24,613 bases of DNA from a bacterium (Candidatus Ratteibacteria) CG_4_9_14_3_um_filter_41_21 (GCA_002791075.1 PFWI01000051.1:1-24613); one strand, 5' to 3'. Shown: positions 16,023-24,608, counted from the stretch's first letter. Program-made: numbers and translations. Notes: generated by a model from the sequence alone, not told the origin.

Positions 16023-17609
16023 TCACTTTTTTCCGCTAACAAAGCGCTGCTCGGCAATACTTAAAATATTCATTACCAGCCAATATAGGAGCAGGCCCGA
16101 AGAAAAGGAATAAAAAATAAAAGTAAAGAAAATTGGCATCATCAAAGCCATCATTTTTTGATTGGGGTCGGTAGTAGTCATTTTCTGCTGGATGAGCATA
16201 CTTGCGCCCATTAAAACAGGTAGAATGTTGATACCGCCTCCGGGGAAATTGGGGATAGCAAGGACGGTATCAGGTAAAGAAAGGTCTTTAATCCAGAACA
16301 TAAATTTTGCTCCCCTCAAGATAATGGCCGAGCGCAGGGCGAAGAAGAATGCAATAAAAATGGGCATTTGGGCAAGCATCGGCAAGCATCCGCCCAAAGG
16401 GTTAATTTTATACTTACGGTAAAGTTCCATCATCTCTTTATTCATTAACTGGGTGTTTCCCTTATACTTTGTTTTCAAGTCTTTAAGGTAGGGCTGTAGT
16501 TTCTGCATCTGGCTAATGGAGCGAACTGAACTTCGGGAAAGAGGAAAAAGAAAAATTTTAACCAGAATGGTAAGAATAATAATTGCCCAGCCCCAATTGC
16601 CAACGAGTTGATAGAGGAAAGTAAGAATTTTAAGAATAAATCTTCCCAAAGTGACAAAGAACCCTCCTTCAAGCGTTTTCTCCACCCCTTTTTCTTCGGC
16701 TTTGGCAATTTCGTAATCTGCAGGTCCGCCGTAGAAGAAGAGTTTTTTCTCTGCGATTCCGTTTTCAGGAATAATGATTGAAGGAAAATTAACTCCGAGA
16801 ATCAGCCTTTTTTCTTCAGGATAGATGAAGGCATCGGTTTTTGATTTTGGCTGCAAAAATAAAAGGCAATATTGAGACTTTTGCGCAATCCATTCAATTT
16901 CAGCAATAGTTTGTTTCTTTTTGAATTTTCTGGTGCTGAAGCGATTAATTTTACCATCTACCGAAATTTGACCCTCTTCAATATCAGGATCCCTTCCGGA
17001 GGGTTTCTTCTGCGAAGAAGAAAATCCCGAGCCACAAAGAATTCCTATATTAGCCAATGATTTTTCCTGCGCAGAAACGTTTTCTATTTTTATCGCTAAG
17101 TCAAAACCATAGCCATCGTTATTAAAACTAAAACTTTTTGTTACGATTAACCCATCTTTAGTTTTCCCCTTTAAGGCGACCTTCCCAATTTCATTTTCCT
17201 TATTTAAAAGGAGAGATTTCTTATCCGCCGAAAAGTGTATTTCTTTTCCCCAGCCAGTAAATTCTAAGGGACAGAAGGGTAAGTCGGCGGGAATAACCGA
17301 AAAAAAATCTTCCCCCTCTCTGCGAAAATTCTTCAGCCCTAATTTTAAAACAGCGCCTTCTCCGGAAAGGATTAACTTGTAAAGATCAGTCTCTACGGGA
17401 ATTTCCGCAACTAAATGTTTTTTTTCGGGAACTTTGGGGAAGGCAGGAAGGATTTCTTTCTGGAGGGCAGAAGTTTGAGCATTTTCTTTTTTTGAAATTT
17501 CTTTCCTCTCTTCTATTTGTTTTTTGGGGAATTTTTTAGCAAAATAAGCATTAGAGGCGATTAGAACTAAAAGAGACAAAAAAAATGCTAAAGCCGTCCG
17601 TTTTTCCAT
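16023..17609 (-). CDS. yidC: Membrane protein insertase YidC
   Basis: N-terminal TM, periplasmic domain, GNWGWAIIILTILVK..LFPL, NPLGGCLPMLAQMPIF, WIKDLSLPD, GLLLYW. Confidence 0.96.
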   Translation of the reverse strand: MEKRTALAFFLSLLVLIASNAYFAKKFPKKQIEERKEISKKENAQTSALQKEILPAFPKVPEKKHLVAEIPVETDLYKLILSGEGAVLKLGLKNFRREGEDFFSVIPADLPFCPLEFTGWGKEIHFSADKKSLLLNKENEIGKVALKGKTKDGLIVTKSFSFNNDGYGFDLAIKIENVSAQEKSLANIGILCGSGFSSSQKKPSGRDPDIEEGQISVDGKINRFSTRKFKKKQTIAEIEWIAQKSQYCLLFLQPKSKTDAFIYPEEKRLILGVNFPSIIIPENGIAEKKLFFYGGPADYEIAKAEEKGVEKTLEGGFFVTLGRFILKILTFLYQLVGNWGWAIIILTILVKIFLFPLSRSSVRSISQMQKLQPYLKDLKTKYKGNTQLMNKEMMELYRKYKINPLGGCLPMLAQMPIFIAFFFALRSAIILRGAKFMFWIKDLSLPDTVLAIPNFPGGGINILPVLMGASMLIQQKMTTTDPNQKMMALMMPIFFTFIFYSFSSGLLLYWLVMNILSIAEQRFVSGKK

Positions 17610-17622
17610 AATTTATCTTTTA

Positions 17623-17782
17623 TCGGACGCAGATTAACGCAGATACACACAGACAAAACAGTCGCATAAATGCGACCGTTACTGTAGCGGTGCGATTTAT
17701 CGCACAATTAACTATAATATTAAACTTTCATTTTCTACTTCATCAGAATCCTGTTTTATCCTGAGGTTATCTGCGTCCAAAA
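17623..17782. repeat. Inverted-repeat element enclosing a back-to-back REP-like pair
   Basis: Outer GGACGCAGATTAAC / GTTATCTGCGTCC imperfect IR. Inside: 17661-17682 (- strand GTAACG-GTCGCAT-TT-ATGCGAC) and 17684-17705 (+ strand GTAGCG-GTGCGAT-TT-ATCGCAC). Confidence 0.7.
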
Positions 17783-17784
17783 TT

Positions 17785-18000
17785 TTATTTTTCCGGTACC
17801 GGGTCGTAACCGCCGGGATAGAAAGGATGGCATCTGCTTATTCTTTTTAAGGAAAGAATAAATCCCCTTCTTATTCCAAACCTATTTAGCACTTCCGCCG
17901 CATAGGAAGAACAGGATGGGTAAAATCGGCAGCGAGAAGGAAAAAAAGAGGAAATAGAAATTTTATAAAACCTGATGAGAAAAAGGAATGCCCTTTTCAT
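17785..18000 (-). CDS. yidD: Membrane protein insertion efficiency factor YidD
   Basis: [36 protein letters not shown]. Confidence 0.95.
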   Translation of the reverse strand: MKRAFLFLIRFYKISISSFFPSRCRFYPSCSSYAAEVLNRFGIRRGFILSLKRISRCHPFYPGGYDPVPEK

Positions 18001-18131
18001 GGGATAAGTTTTTTTCTTCCTTTCCTCCGACGGGCATTAATAACTCTTGCGCCCCCTTTGCTTCGCATTCTCTTCAGGAAGCCATGAGTTCTTTTTCTTT
18101 TGCGATTATGCGGTTGATAAGTAATGCTCAC
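17997..18131 (-). CDS. rpmH: 50S ribosomal protein L34 (absent from the ORF track)
   Basis: My translation from GTG 18131: [44 protein letters not shown]. Its TGA overlaps the yidD ATG (ATGA). Confidence 0.95.
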   Translation of the reverse strand: MSITYQPHNRKRKRTHGFLKRMRSKGGARVINARRRKGRKKLIP

Positions 18132-18140
18132 AATAAATAA

Positions 18141-18182
18141 AGTATAATTGATTTGGAAAGAAAAATCAATAGATGGTATAAT
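18141..18182. promoter_or_regulatory. Divergent promoters for rpmH (-) and the M23 gene (+)
   Basis: Minus strand: TTGATT (18169-18164), 17 bp, TATACT (18146-18141). Plus strand: extended -10 TGG-TATAAT (18174-18182). Confidence 0.55.
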
Positions 18183-18191
18183 AAAAGAAAA

Positions 18192-19418
18192 ATGAAAAAG
18201 AAATTTCTTGCAACCATCTTCATTTTTATTTTATTAGTTGCAGGGACCAGCCTTTTCCTCTATTTAAAAGCTTGCCGCAAGCATCCTCCTCCAGAGAAAA
18301 CGTCTTCTGCAACTATCGGCAAAGGAGGGACTCTCCTGACTTCCTTAGCCAGGGAAGGTTTTTCGCAAGAGGAGATTTTTCTCCTGCAAGAGGCTTTAAG
18401 GCCAATCTTTGATTTTCGCAAGTGCTATCCTGATGACAAATATGAGATTACCCGAACTTCCGGTAAACTCAAAAATATTCGTTACTGGACGTCTCCCCTG
18501 GATTTTTATCTTGTAGAAAGAGGAGACTCAGGCGAATTGGTGGCTTCCCGGGAGAGAGTAAAAACCGAGGAAGTAATCACCGGAATAAAGGGAGAGATAG
18601 AAAGTTCTCTCTACGAAAGTATGCTTAAGGAAAATCTTACTCCTGACCTGATTATGAGATTCGCCGATATCTTTGCCTGGCAGATAGATTTTTTAACCGA
18701 GCCCAGGACCGGCGACGTTTTTAAACTCATCTGGAAAGACTACCAGAAAGATGGGAAATCTCTTTTGGAGGGCAGGATATTAGCTGCTCAATATGAGAAT
18801 AATGGAAAGATTCATACCGCGGTCTTCTTTGAAGATTCAGCTGGCTCGGGAGATCATTATACCCTGGAAGGGGAATCCTTAAGAAAAATGTTTTTACGTT
18901 CCCCTTTAAATTATCGTAGAATCAGTTCCTATTTTTCCTATCAGCGATTTCATCCTATTTTGAAATATTACCGGCCTCATTTAGGGATTGACTACGCCGC
19001 TCCATCCGGCACTCCAGTCTCTACTATTGGAGATGGAATGGTTGTCTATGCGGGCTGGAAAGATGGCTTTGGAAGGTTTGTGAAAATCAGACATTCCGGA
19101 AGTTATTATACAACCTACGGACATCTCTCCCGCTATGGGAGAGGAATTAAAGAGGGAAAAAAGGTAAAGCAGGGCCAGGTAATTGGCTATGTTGGCACGA
19201 GCGGTCTTTCCACCGGACCCCACCTTGATTTTAGAATTATTAGGAACGGAAGGTTCGTCAATTTTTTGAAAATAAAACTCCCTTCGGCTAAATCCCTTGA
19301 CCCTAAATATATGGCCTCATTTAACGAAATAAAAGACCAATATCTCTCCCGGTTAAATCAATTAGACTTTCAGGGAAATTTAGCGGTTACAGACAGTCTA
19401 GGGGTTGTTAAACAATAA
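18192..19418 (+). CDS. M23 family peptidoglycan endopeptidase (MepM-like, membrane-anchored)
   Basis: Zn motifs [11 protein letters not shown] and [22 protein letters not shown]...RISS.F; N-terminal TM. ATG 18192 chosen because the longer ORF starts inside the promoter. Confidence 0.92.
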   Translation: MKKKFLATIFIFILLVAGTSLFLYLKACRKHPPPEKTSSATIGKGGTLLTSLAREGFSQEEIFLLQEALRPIFDFRKCYPDDKYEITRTSGKLKNIRYWTSPLDFYLVERGDSGELVASRERVKTEEVITGIKGEIESSLYESMLKENLTPDLIMRFADIFAWQIDFLTEPRTGDVFKLIWKDYQKDGKSLLEGRILAAQYENNGKIHTAVFFEDSAGSGDHYTLEGESLRKMFLRSPLNYRRISSYFSYQRFHPILKYYRPHLGIDYAAPSGTPVSTIGDGMVVYAGWKDGFGRFVKIRHSGSYYTTYGHLSRYGRGIKEGKKVKQGQVIGYVGTSGLSTGPHLDFRIIRNGRFVNFLKIKLPSAKSLDPKYMASFNEIKDQYLSRLNQLDFQGNLAVTDSLGVVKQ

Positions 19419-19423
19419 GTCTC

Positions 19424-19966
19424 CTATCCCTTTTGTGTCCAGTCACCATCGGGTAATTGAATCCATTCGCCTTTTTTAGCTCTTTTGCGGCGAGTAGCAG
19501 CGAATTGCTCTTGAATAACCTTCAACTGTCCCGGAGACATATTATTCTGCTGCACCAAAGTCTGATAAATAGTCATCCTATCTTTATTTTCTTCTTTGAC
19601 TAATCTTTGAACCTGAATTTCTGCATTACCTCTAATTTCAAGCAATCCTTCATTATTTTCTCCGATTACTCCCTGGCGTTTGTATTCTTTAATCTGAGGA
19701 AATCTTGCCTTTCGGGAGGCGAGAGCCTTCTCAATCTCAGGCGTATGGACCTTTAGTTCCGGAGTAATGGTCTCGGCATAAAGCAAACCTGAAGCGAAAG
19801 GATTGAAGTTGAAACTTTTCCCTCCCTCCTCCAACTGGTTTTCGATATCAATAGCGGCATCCTTTATTTTTTCCTGAGGAAAGGTCACGTAGACATTCAC
19901 GGTAGCGCAGTTTATCAGCAGGAAAATAATAGCTATTCCCGGTATAATGCTTAAAAATTTTTTCAT
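19424..19966 (-). CDS. Lipoprotein with YdbL/DUF1318-like domain and YnbE-like N-terminus
   Basis: Lipobox-like FLLINC then ATVNVYVTFP; C-terminal K.QGVIGENNEGLL...EENKDRMTIY...GEWIQLPDG.W. Confidence 0.65.
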   Translation of the reverse strand: MKKFLSIIPGIAIIFLLINCATVNVYVTFPQEKIKDAAIDIENQLEEGGKSFNFNPFASGLLYAETITPELKVHTPEIEKALASRKARFPQIKEYKRQGVIGENNEGLLEIRGNAEIQVQRLVKEENKDRMTIYQTLVQQNNMSPGQLKVIQEQFAATRRKRAKKGEWIQLPDGDWTQKG

Positions 19967-19983
19967 TTTATCTTTTCACCCCC

Positions 19984-21549
19984 TTAATTTTTATTTGAGC
20001 CTATAGATGCGACTTGAGGGCTAATTTCTAAAACCCTCTTTAACCTCATTTTAAGATCATTGAGAGAAATGGTATTTTGTTTGGGGTCAATAAGAATATT
20101 GATTGATTGGCCAAAAAACGGACCTAGAAGAAGATACTGCTTTCCCCCTTTCTTAATATCGCCCCGGAGAGTAAAATACCCATCTTTTATCTGGAAAGAA
20201 CCGGCCAATTTTCGGTAAGGATAATCCGTTAATCTTTTCTTGATGAAGGAAGAGCCGGTAAGGAAAGATATCTTCTCAATAGCCCGGAAACTGATGGTTT
20301 GTTTTACCTCTGGTTTTTTTACGGTGAAAAAGGAAGCAGAAATTTCCGGAAATATTTCTTTAGTCCCCTTCATTTTAAATCGGCATTCCAAAATCCCGGA
20401 AATGAGTCCTGCTTCTTTATAACTTTGGCAAAAATTTTCAAGATTGAAATCCGAGATTTCCGTAGAGAAAAGGTAACGATTTTTTCCGGAGAGCAACTCC
20501 TTTATTTCTAAATTTCCCTTTCCTTTTCCCTGGCAAAGATGGTAAGTGAAATCTTTAATCTTTAAGGAATCTTCATCACGCTCGTAAGAAACTCTACCTT
20601 TTATATTATAAAACTCCAATTGATGATAGTCAATTTTTTCCAGGGTAATCGGACTTTCCATGATACTGTTTTTGACTATTTCAAAAGAACCGTTAAAATT
20701 TTCAAAAAAAGGATAATCAGGAATTGCAAGATTAATTTTCTTCAAATCTATTTTTCCGTTAAATGAAGTTTTGTTTTTCAAATAACCGACAATTTTAATT
20801 TTTCCCCGATTTGCTTTTGAGGAAGTAATTCGTAAATCTCCGTAGAGATTTAGCCTTTCTCTTGTTTTTCCGGAGAGACGAACTTTACCCTGTAGAAAAG
20901 CAAAAGGAGTTTTTCGGGAGGAAGGAATGGGTAATGTTTCAAAAACTAATTGAAGGTCTGCCGGTCCTTCCTTTTTAAGAGGATTTATCTTTCCTGCAAA
21001 AGAAAAATGGGTATCGCCTGAACTGCCTTTTATTTTCCAGTTCCAGGGAAGAACTGAAGAAATCTCATTGATTTCGGCAGTTAAATCTGAAATCTCTATT
21101 CTCTCTTTTTCTCTCAGAAAAATGATTTCCCCTTTTACTATTTTTATACTCTGGGGTAAATCGCCCTCGTTTATTTCTTTGCTAAACTCCGAACGTTTAC
21201 GGACCGATTCCTTTCCCGTTGCCGGAATTATCTGCAAAATTGGATTTTCCAATAAAATTGTTTTAATTTTTCTCTTCCGGATTAAATCCAAAAGGCCCGG
21301 CTGAAGGAGAAGATTTTTTACTTTTAGAGAAAAACGAGGTTCTTGAATTTTTATCCCTTCTAATTGGATAAAAGAGTTTTTTATCTTTATCTTTTCAAGA
21401 GTAAGAGGTATTCCTAAAACCTTCGCCAAACGAGGGGCAACCAATTTGGCAATTCGTGCCGGGGTGAAAATGCATTTGGCAAAAATAAAGAGAATGAAAA
21501 AAGAAAGGATAAAAATTAAGATAATGAGCCGGCTTTTCTTTGCTCGCAT
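19984..21549 (-). CDS. AsmA/YdbH-like envelope protein (N-terminal anchor, beta-strand-rich)
   Basis: Single N-terminal TM, alternating hydrophobic beta pattern, Y..L.GSFQIKDGYF near the C-terminus; directly upstream of the YdbL-like gene. Confidence 0.55.
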   Translation of the reverse strand: MRAKKSRLIILIFILSFFILFIFAKCIFTPARIAKLVAPRLAKVLGIPLTLEKIKIKNSFIQLEGIKIQEPRFSLKVKNLLLQPGLLDLIRKRKIKTILLENPILQIIPATGKESVRKRSEFSKEINEGDLPQSIKIVKGEIIFLREKERIEISDLTAEINEISSVLPWNWKIKGSSGDTHFSFAGKINPLKKEGPADLQLVFETLPIPSSRKTPFAFLQGKVRLSGKTRERLNLYGDLRITSSKANRGKIKIVGYLKNKTSFNGKIDLKKINLAIPDYPFFENFNGSFEIVKNSIMESPITLEKIDYHQLEFYNIKGRVSYERDEDSLKIKDFTYHLCQGKGKGNLEIKELLSGKNRYLFSTEISDFNLENFCQSYKEAGLISGILECRFKMKGTKEIFPEISASFFTVKKPEVKQTISFRAIEKISFLTGSSFIKKRLTDYPYRKLAGSFQIKDGYFTLRGDIKKGGKQYLLLGPFFGQSINILIDPKQNTISLNDLKMRLKRVLEISPQVASIGSNKN

Positions 21550-21587
21550 CTCAGGGGAATTTTTCTAATAAATGCTCTCGCAAAATA

Positions 21588-22166
21588 TTAAAACTTCACT
21601 TCCGGAGTAATGGCAGCGTTCTTCTCGGCCTCAAAGTAGGGGAGGGCGGAAAGATTTCTTTTTCTGGCAAAGAAACTGCCAAAAACTGTTCTAATATAGG
21701 CGTTGAAATCCCGAGCCGCTTGATTATACCTCATTCTTTCTACGGAAATTCTGTTTTCAGTTCCTTCCAATTGAGCCTGCAAAGTCAAAAAGTTTTCGTT
21801 TGCTTTTAAATTTGGATAATTCTCCGCTACCAAAAGCAATCGGGAGATAGTTCCTTCCAGTCCCCCTGCGGCCGCGATCTTCTCTTTTTTTGTACTGGCC
21901 TGTCCCCACTGACTGCGCAATTTTGTTATTTCGGTAAAAAGACCTTTCTCGTGAGAAGCATAACCCTTTACTGTACTTACCAGATTAGGGATAAGGTCAA
22001 TCCTTCGTTGGAGAACCGTTTCCACCTGTGACCAGGCGCCCTTGACGGTTTCTTCCATGCGCACCACTCGGTTAACCCCAGAAATATACCAGCCTGCTCC
22101 GATGATAACAAGTAAAACAACTCCTAACCCTATCAACAATCCTATACCAATTCTTCCTTTTTTCAT
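21588..22166 (-). CDS. lemA: LemA family protein
   Basis: WSQVETVLQRRIDLIPNLVSTVKGYASHE, VAENYPNLKANENFLTLQAQLEGTENRISVERMRYN; SD AAGGAG before ATG 22166. Confidence 0.95.
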   Translation of the reverse strand: MKKGRIGIGLLIGLGVVLLVIIGAGWYISGVNRVVRMEETVKGAWSQVETVLQRRIDLIPNLVSTVKGYASHEKGLFTEITKLRSQWGQASTKKEKIAAAGGLEGTISRLLLVAENYPNLKANENFLTLQAQLEGTENRISVERMRYNQAARDFNAYIRTVFGSFFARKRNLSALPYFEAEKNAAITPEVKF

Positions 22167-22197
22167 TTTCACTCCTTATGTTTTAAATTTTTCACCA

Positions 22198-22337
22198 AGA
22201 GTTCGGAATGTTTTCCGAAGCGTGCCTTCGTGACGACAAGCGGGCATAGTATCCGAAGGATGAGCGAGGAGGAACGAGAGCGAAAATTTCCTCGCTGGGG
22301 AAATTGAGCGTGCCGCAAGGGAAACTTCCGAACTCTC
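22198..22337. mobile_element. 140-bp MITE-like element
   Basis: 11-bp terminal IR AGAGTTCGGAA (22198-22208) / TTCCGAACTCT (22326-22336), flanked by TCACCA direct repeats at 22192-22197 and 22338-22343. Confidence 0.75.
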
Positions 22338-23096
22338 TCACCATCCTCCTCCCGCTCCCCCTCCGCCGCAAGAACCCCCGCCAAACCCGCCGAATCCTCC
22401 TCCAAAACCTCCGGAGCTACCCCCACTCCAATAACCTCCCCGGGAACCTATTCCAAAAAAGAGCAATCCTAAAGGACCAAAGAAAATCAGGATGAAGAGA
22501 AAAAAGAAAAGACTAAAAAAGGCGCTTGCAATTCGTCTACCCAGAGAAGGTTTTGTTTTGGAAGGATAAGAGACAGAAGCAAGAGATAAAGAAGAGAGTT
22601 CAACTCCATTTTCGGCAGCAATTTTTTTAGCCAGTAGAGTAGTTGCGGTTAAAAGGCCTTCTCCGTATTTCCCTTTCCGAAATGCCGGCACCAGTTGTTT
22701 TAAATAAACCTGATGGGCAAGAGCATCGGGAATAATTCCTTCAAGTCCATAGCCAACTTCTATCCAGACCTTTTGATCTTTTTTTGCTACAACAATTAAG
22801 AGACCGTTATCTTTTCCTTTTTGCCCAATCCCCCAGCGGCTGAAAAGGTTAACGCTATAAGTGTCAATGCTTTCTGGTTGCGTTGTTTCAACCGTTGCGA
22901 TAGCAATTTGAGCCGATGTCTTTGTTTCTAATTCCCGGCAGAGAGCAGAGATAGTCTCTTTTTCAGAGGGACTGATAATATCAGCGTAGTCATTGACATA
23001 GCCGAGTGAATCCGGGTAGATAGCTTCCTGCCCGGAAAGGAAATGAGCAGAGAACGGGGAAAGAAACAAAAATAAAAAAAATAATTTTATCTTCAT
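22338..23096 (-). CDS. TPM domain protein (YgcG-like)
   Basis: GYVNDYADII, AQIAIATV, WGIGQKGKDNGLLIVV, IEVGYGLEGIIPDA, C-terminal TM and Gly-rich GGFGGFGGGS.GGGGAGGGW tail. Confidence 0.92.
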   Translation of the reverse strand: MKIKLFFLFLFLSPFSAHFLSGQEAIYPDSLGYVNDYADIISPSEKETISALCRELETKTSAQIAIATVETTQPESIDTYSVNLFSRWGIGQKGKDNGLLIVVAKKDQKVWIEVGYGLEGIIPDALAHQVYLKQLVPAFRKGKYGEGLLTATTLLAKKIAAENGVELSSLSLASVSYPSKTKPSLGRRIASAFFSLFFFLFILIFFGPLGLLFFGIGSRGGYWSGGSSGGFGGGFGGFGGGSCGGGGAGGGW

Positions 23097-23168
23097 AATT
23101 TACTACCTGCTTAATGTGAAAGATTGATTACGTATATTATTACTGAAAGATAGTGTAGAGTATAGTGT

Positions 23169-23267
23169 CATAATTTAATTGCATAGGAATTTCCTTTTTC
23201 TAACCACGAATTAACGCGAATTACTCTAATTCGTAAAATTCGATAAATTCGTGGTTTTATAACTTGT
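23169..23267 (-). repeat. 99-bp repeat, copy B (inverted duplicate of 15444-15542)
   Basis: Base-by-base comparison gives 97/99 identity; begins at the last codons of the upstream gene, as copy A does. Confidence 0.9.
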
Positions 23268-24003
23268 CCACGCTCTCGGTCAATTTAAAAAGTTCGTCAA
23301 TGTACCTGCCGAACACAATCTCGGCATCTTCCTGACCAATCAGGTTATTGTCTTTTTTATCCTGCCAGATTGCCAGGAATGTTTTGGAATCAATAGCAAA
23401 TTCTTCACCCAGATCATTTAAAACCTGCTCCTTCTTATGCGGAACAACTTTTCCTTTAAAATAAAGCATATTTCTGAAAACAGGGATAAGTGAAGTGAGG
23501 GAATTCTTGAGCAGACGGTCAAGCCCTTTTTTCTGCAAACCCACTTCCAGATAGGTCTGCCGCAGACGGATTAATTTACTGCGTAGTTGTTCCTCGCATT
23601 CCAACCTGAGATTTTCCTGATTAATTTTGAGGTTTACAAATGGGTCTTCTCCATAAAGCAAGAGATGGTTTCTCGTTATTTCGAGAAACTCTATCGGAAA
23701 AACATCCGAGGACGATTCCATATACTCTTTGGTAAAGAAGAGGGGAGCGACAATTTTCCTTCTTCTTCCTTGAGCTACTAACTTCAAACTTTTTTTGAGA
23801 ACCGGCAGGTCTATCCTTTGAAATTCCAGCAGAAGATTGATATCAGAACTTCCCGGGATAAAATCTTTACCGGTGGCACTGCCATAAAGAATAATAGTTA
23901 AAAGGTTATCCCCGTGAATCTCAAGCAATTTTTCTAAGTAGGAAGAAAGACTTTTTTTCACTGCCAGGGGTAATTTTTCCGTATTTATTAATTTTTTATC
24001 CAT
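23257..24003 (-). CDS. Nucleotidyltransferase (Pol-beta superfamily) domain protein
   Basis: IILYGSATGKDFIPGSSDINLL signature, SSDVFPIEFL, LRLECEEQLRSKLIRLRQ. Confidence 0.75.
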   Translation of the reverse strand: MDKKLINTEKLPLAVKKSLSSYLEKLLEIHGDNLLTIILYGSATGKDFIPGSSDINLLLEFQRIDLPVLKKSLKLVAQGRRRKIVAPLFFTKEYMESSSDVFPIEFLEITRNHLLLYGEDPFVNLKINQENLRLECEEQLRSKLIRLRQTYLEVGLQKKGLDRLLKNSLTSLIPVFRNMLYFKGKVVPHKKEQVLNDLGEEFAIDSKTFLAIWQDKKDNNLIGQEDAEIVFGRYIDELFKLTESVDKL

Positions 24004-24114
24004 AATTTACCTTACAAGAAAGTCCGCCCAATCTTCACTGGCGAGCTAAAACTTTTATACCCCCGAGAAAAAAGAGGAGATATCATTCTTTTTTAACATC
24101 TCCTCTTTCTATTT

Positions 24115-24510
24115 TTATTTACTTGTTGCTTTCTCTCTTTCAAAAACCGGTCCTAAGTTCATCGAGCCGCACTTTGGGCACTTGGGCATCTCCATTTCAG
24201 GAGGCATCATCTCTTCAGGAGCCCCCGGGGCAATAGGAACAGGTTTCATGGTGAAAACCTCTCCACAATCCAAACACTTTATCGCCTGGTAAGCGCTTTT
24301 GTTCTCGCACTTCGGGCACTTAATCGGGAAGGTTATGCCTGCGGCTATTTTCTGTTGAAAAACGTTCCCGCAGCTCTCGCACTTCAAGTCCGCGGTGTAG
24401 TAATACTTCTTAGGTATTGCTTGCTTAACAATAAAGAAAAGAGCCACCAGGATCACCAGAATCAAAGTTACTACCGGTCCCTTTTTTTGTCCTGCTACTT
24501 GTGTACCCAT
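24115..24510 (-). CDS. Membrane-anchored double Zn-ribbon hypothetical protein
   Basis: One N-terminal TM; four CxxC motifs (CESC, CPKC, CLDC, CPKC); Pro/Met-rich linker; strong SD GAGGAGGTG. Confidence 0.75.
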   Translation of the reverse strand: MGTQVAGQKKGPVVTLILVILVALFFIVKQAIPKKYYYTADLKCESCGNVFQQKIAAGITFPIKCPKCENKSAYQAIKCLDCGEVFTMKPVPIAPGAPEEMMPPEMEMPKCPKCGSMNLGPVFEREKATSK

Positions 24511-24553
24511 CTATAATCACCTCCTCGTAGGTTATAATGTTTAAAAGTAGTTT

Positions 24554-24608
24554 ATTATTCACAGTATTAGGGGGTTCTCCAAGGGGGGAGTTAACAACTG
24601 TGAATAAT
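24554..24608. repeat. 12-bp perfect inverted repeat; each arm contains a DnaA-box consensus match
   Basis: ATTATTCACAGT (24554-24565) / ACTGTGAATAAT (24597-24608); TTATTCACA fits TTATNCACA. Confidence 0.5.

Noticed and set aside
22169-22426. 85-aa minus-strand ORF
   Set aside because: Out-of-frame read of the TPM Gly-rich tail continuing through the MITE.
14-23781. The many short antisense or alternative-frame ORFs in the track (e.g. 14-292, 1173-1523, 10137-10439, 11121-11426, 12949-13260)
   Set aside because: Shadow frames of well-supported genes, with no recognisable motifs or start signals.
23257-24510. MNT-HEPN toxin-antitoxin pair
   Set aside because: The nucleotidyltransferase is too long for a minimal MNT and neither neighbour has a HEPN RxxxxH motif.
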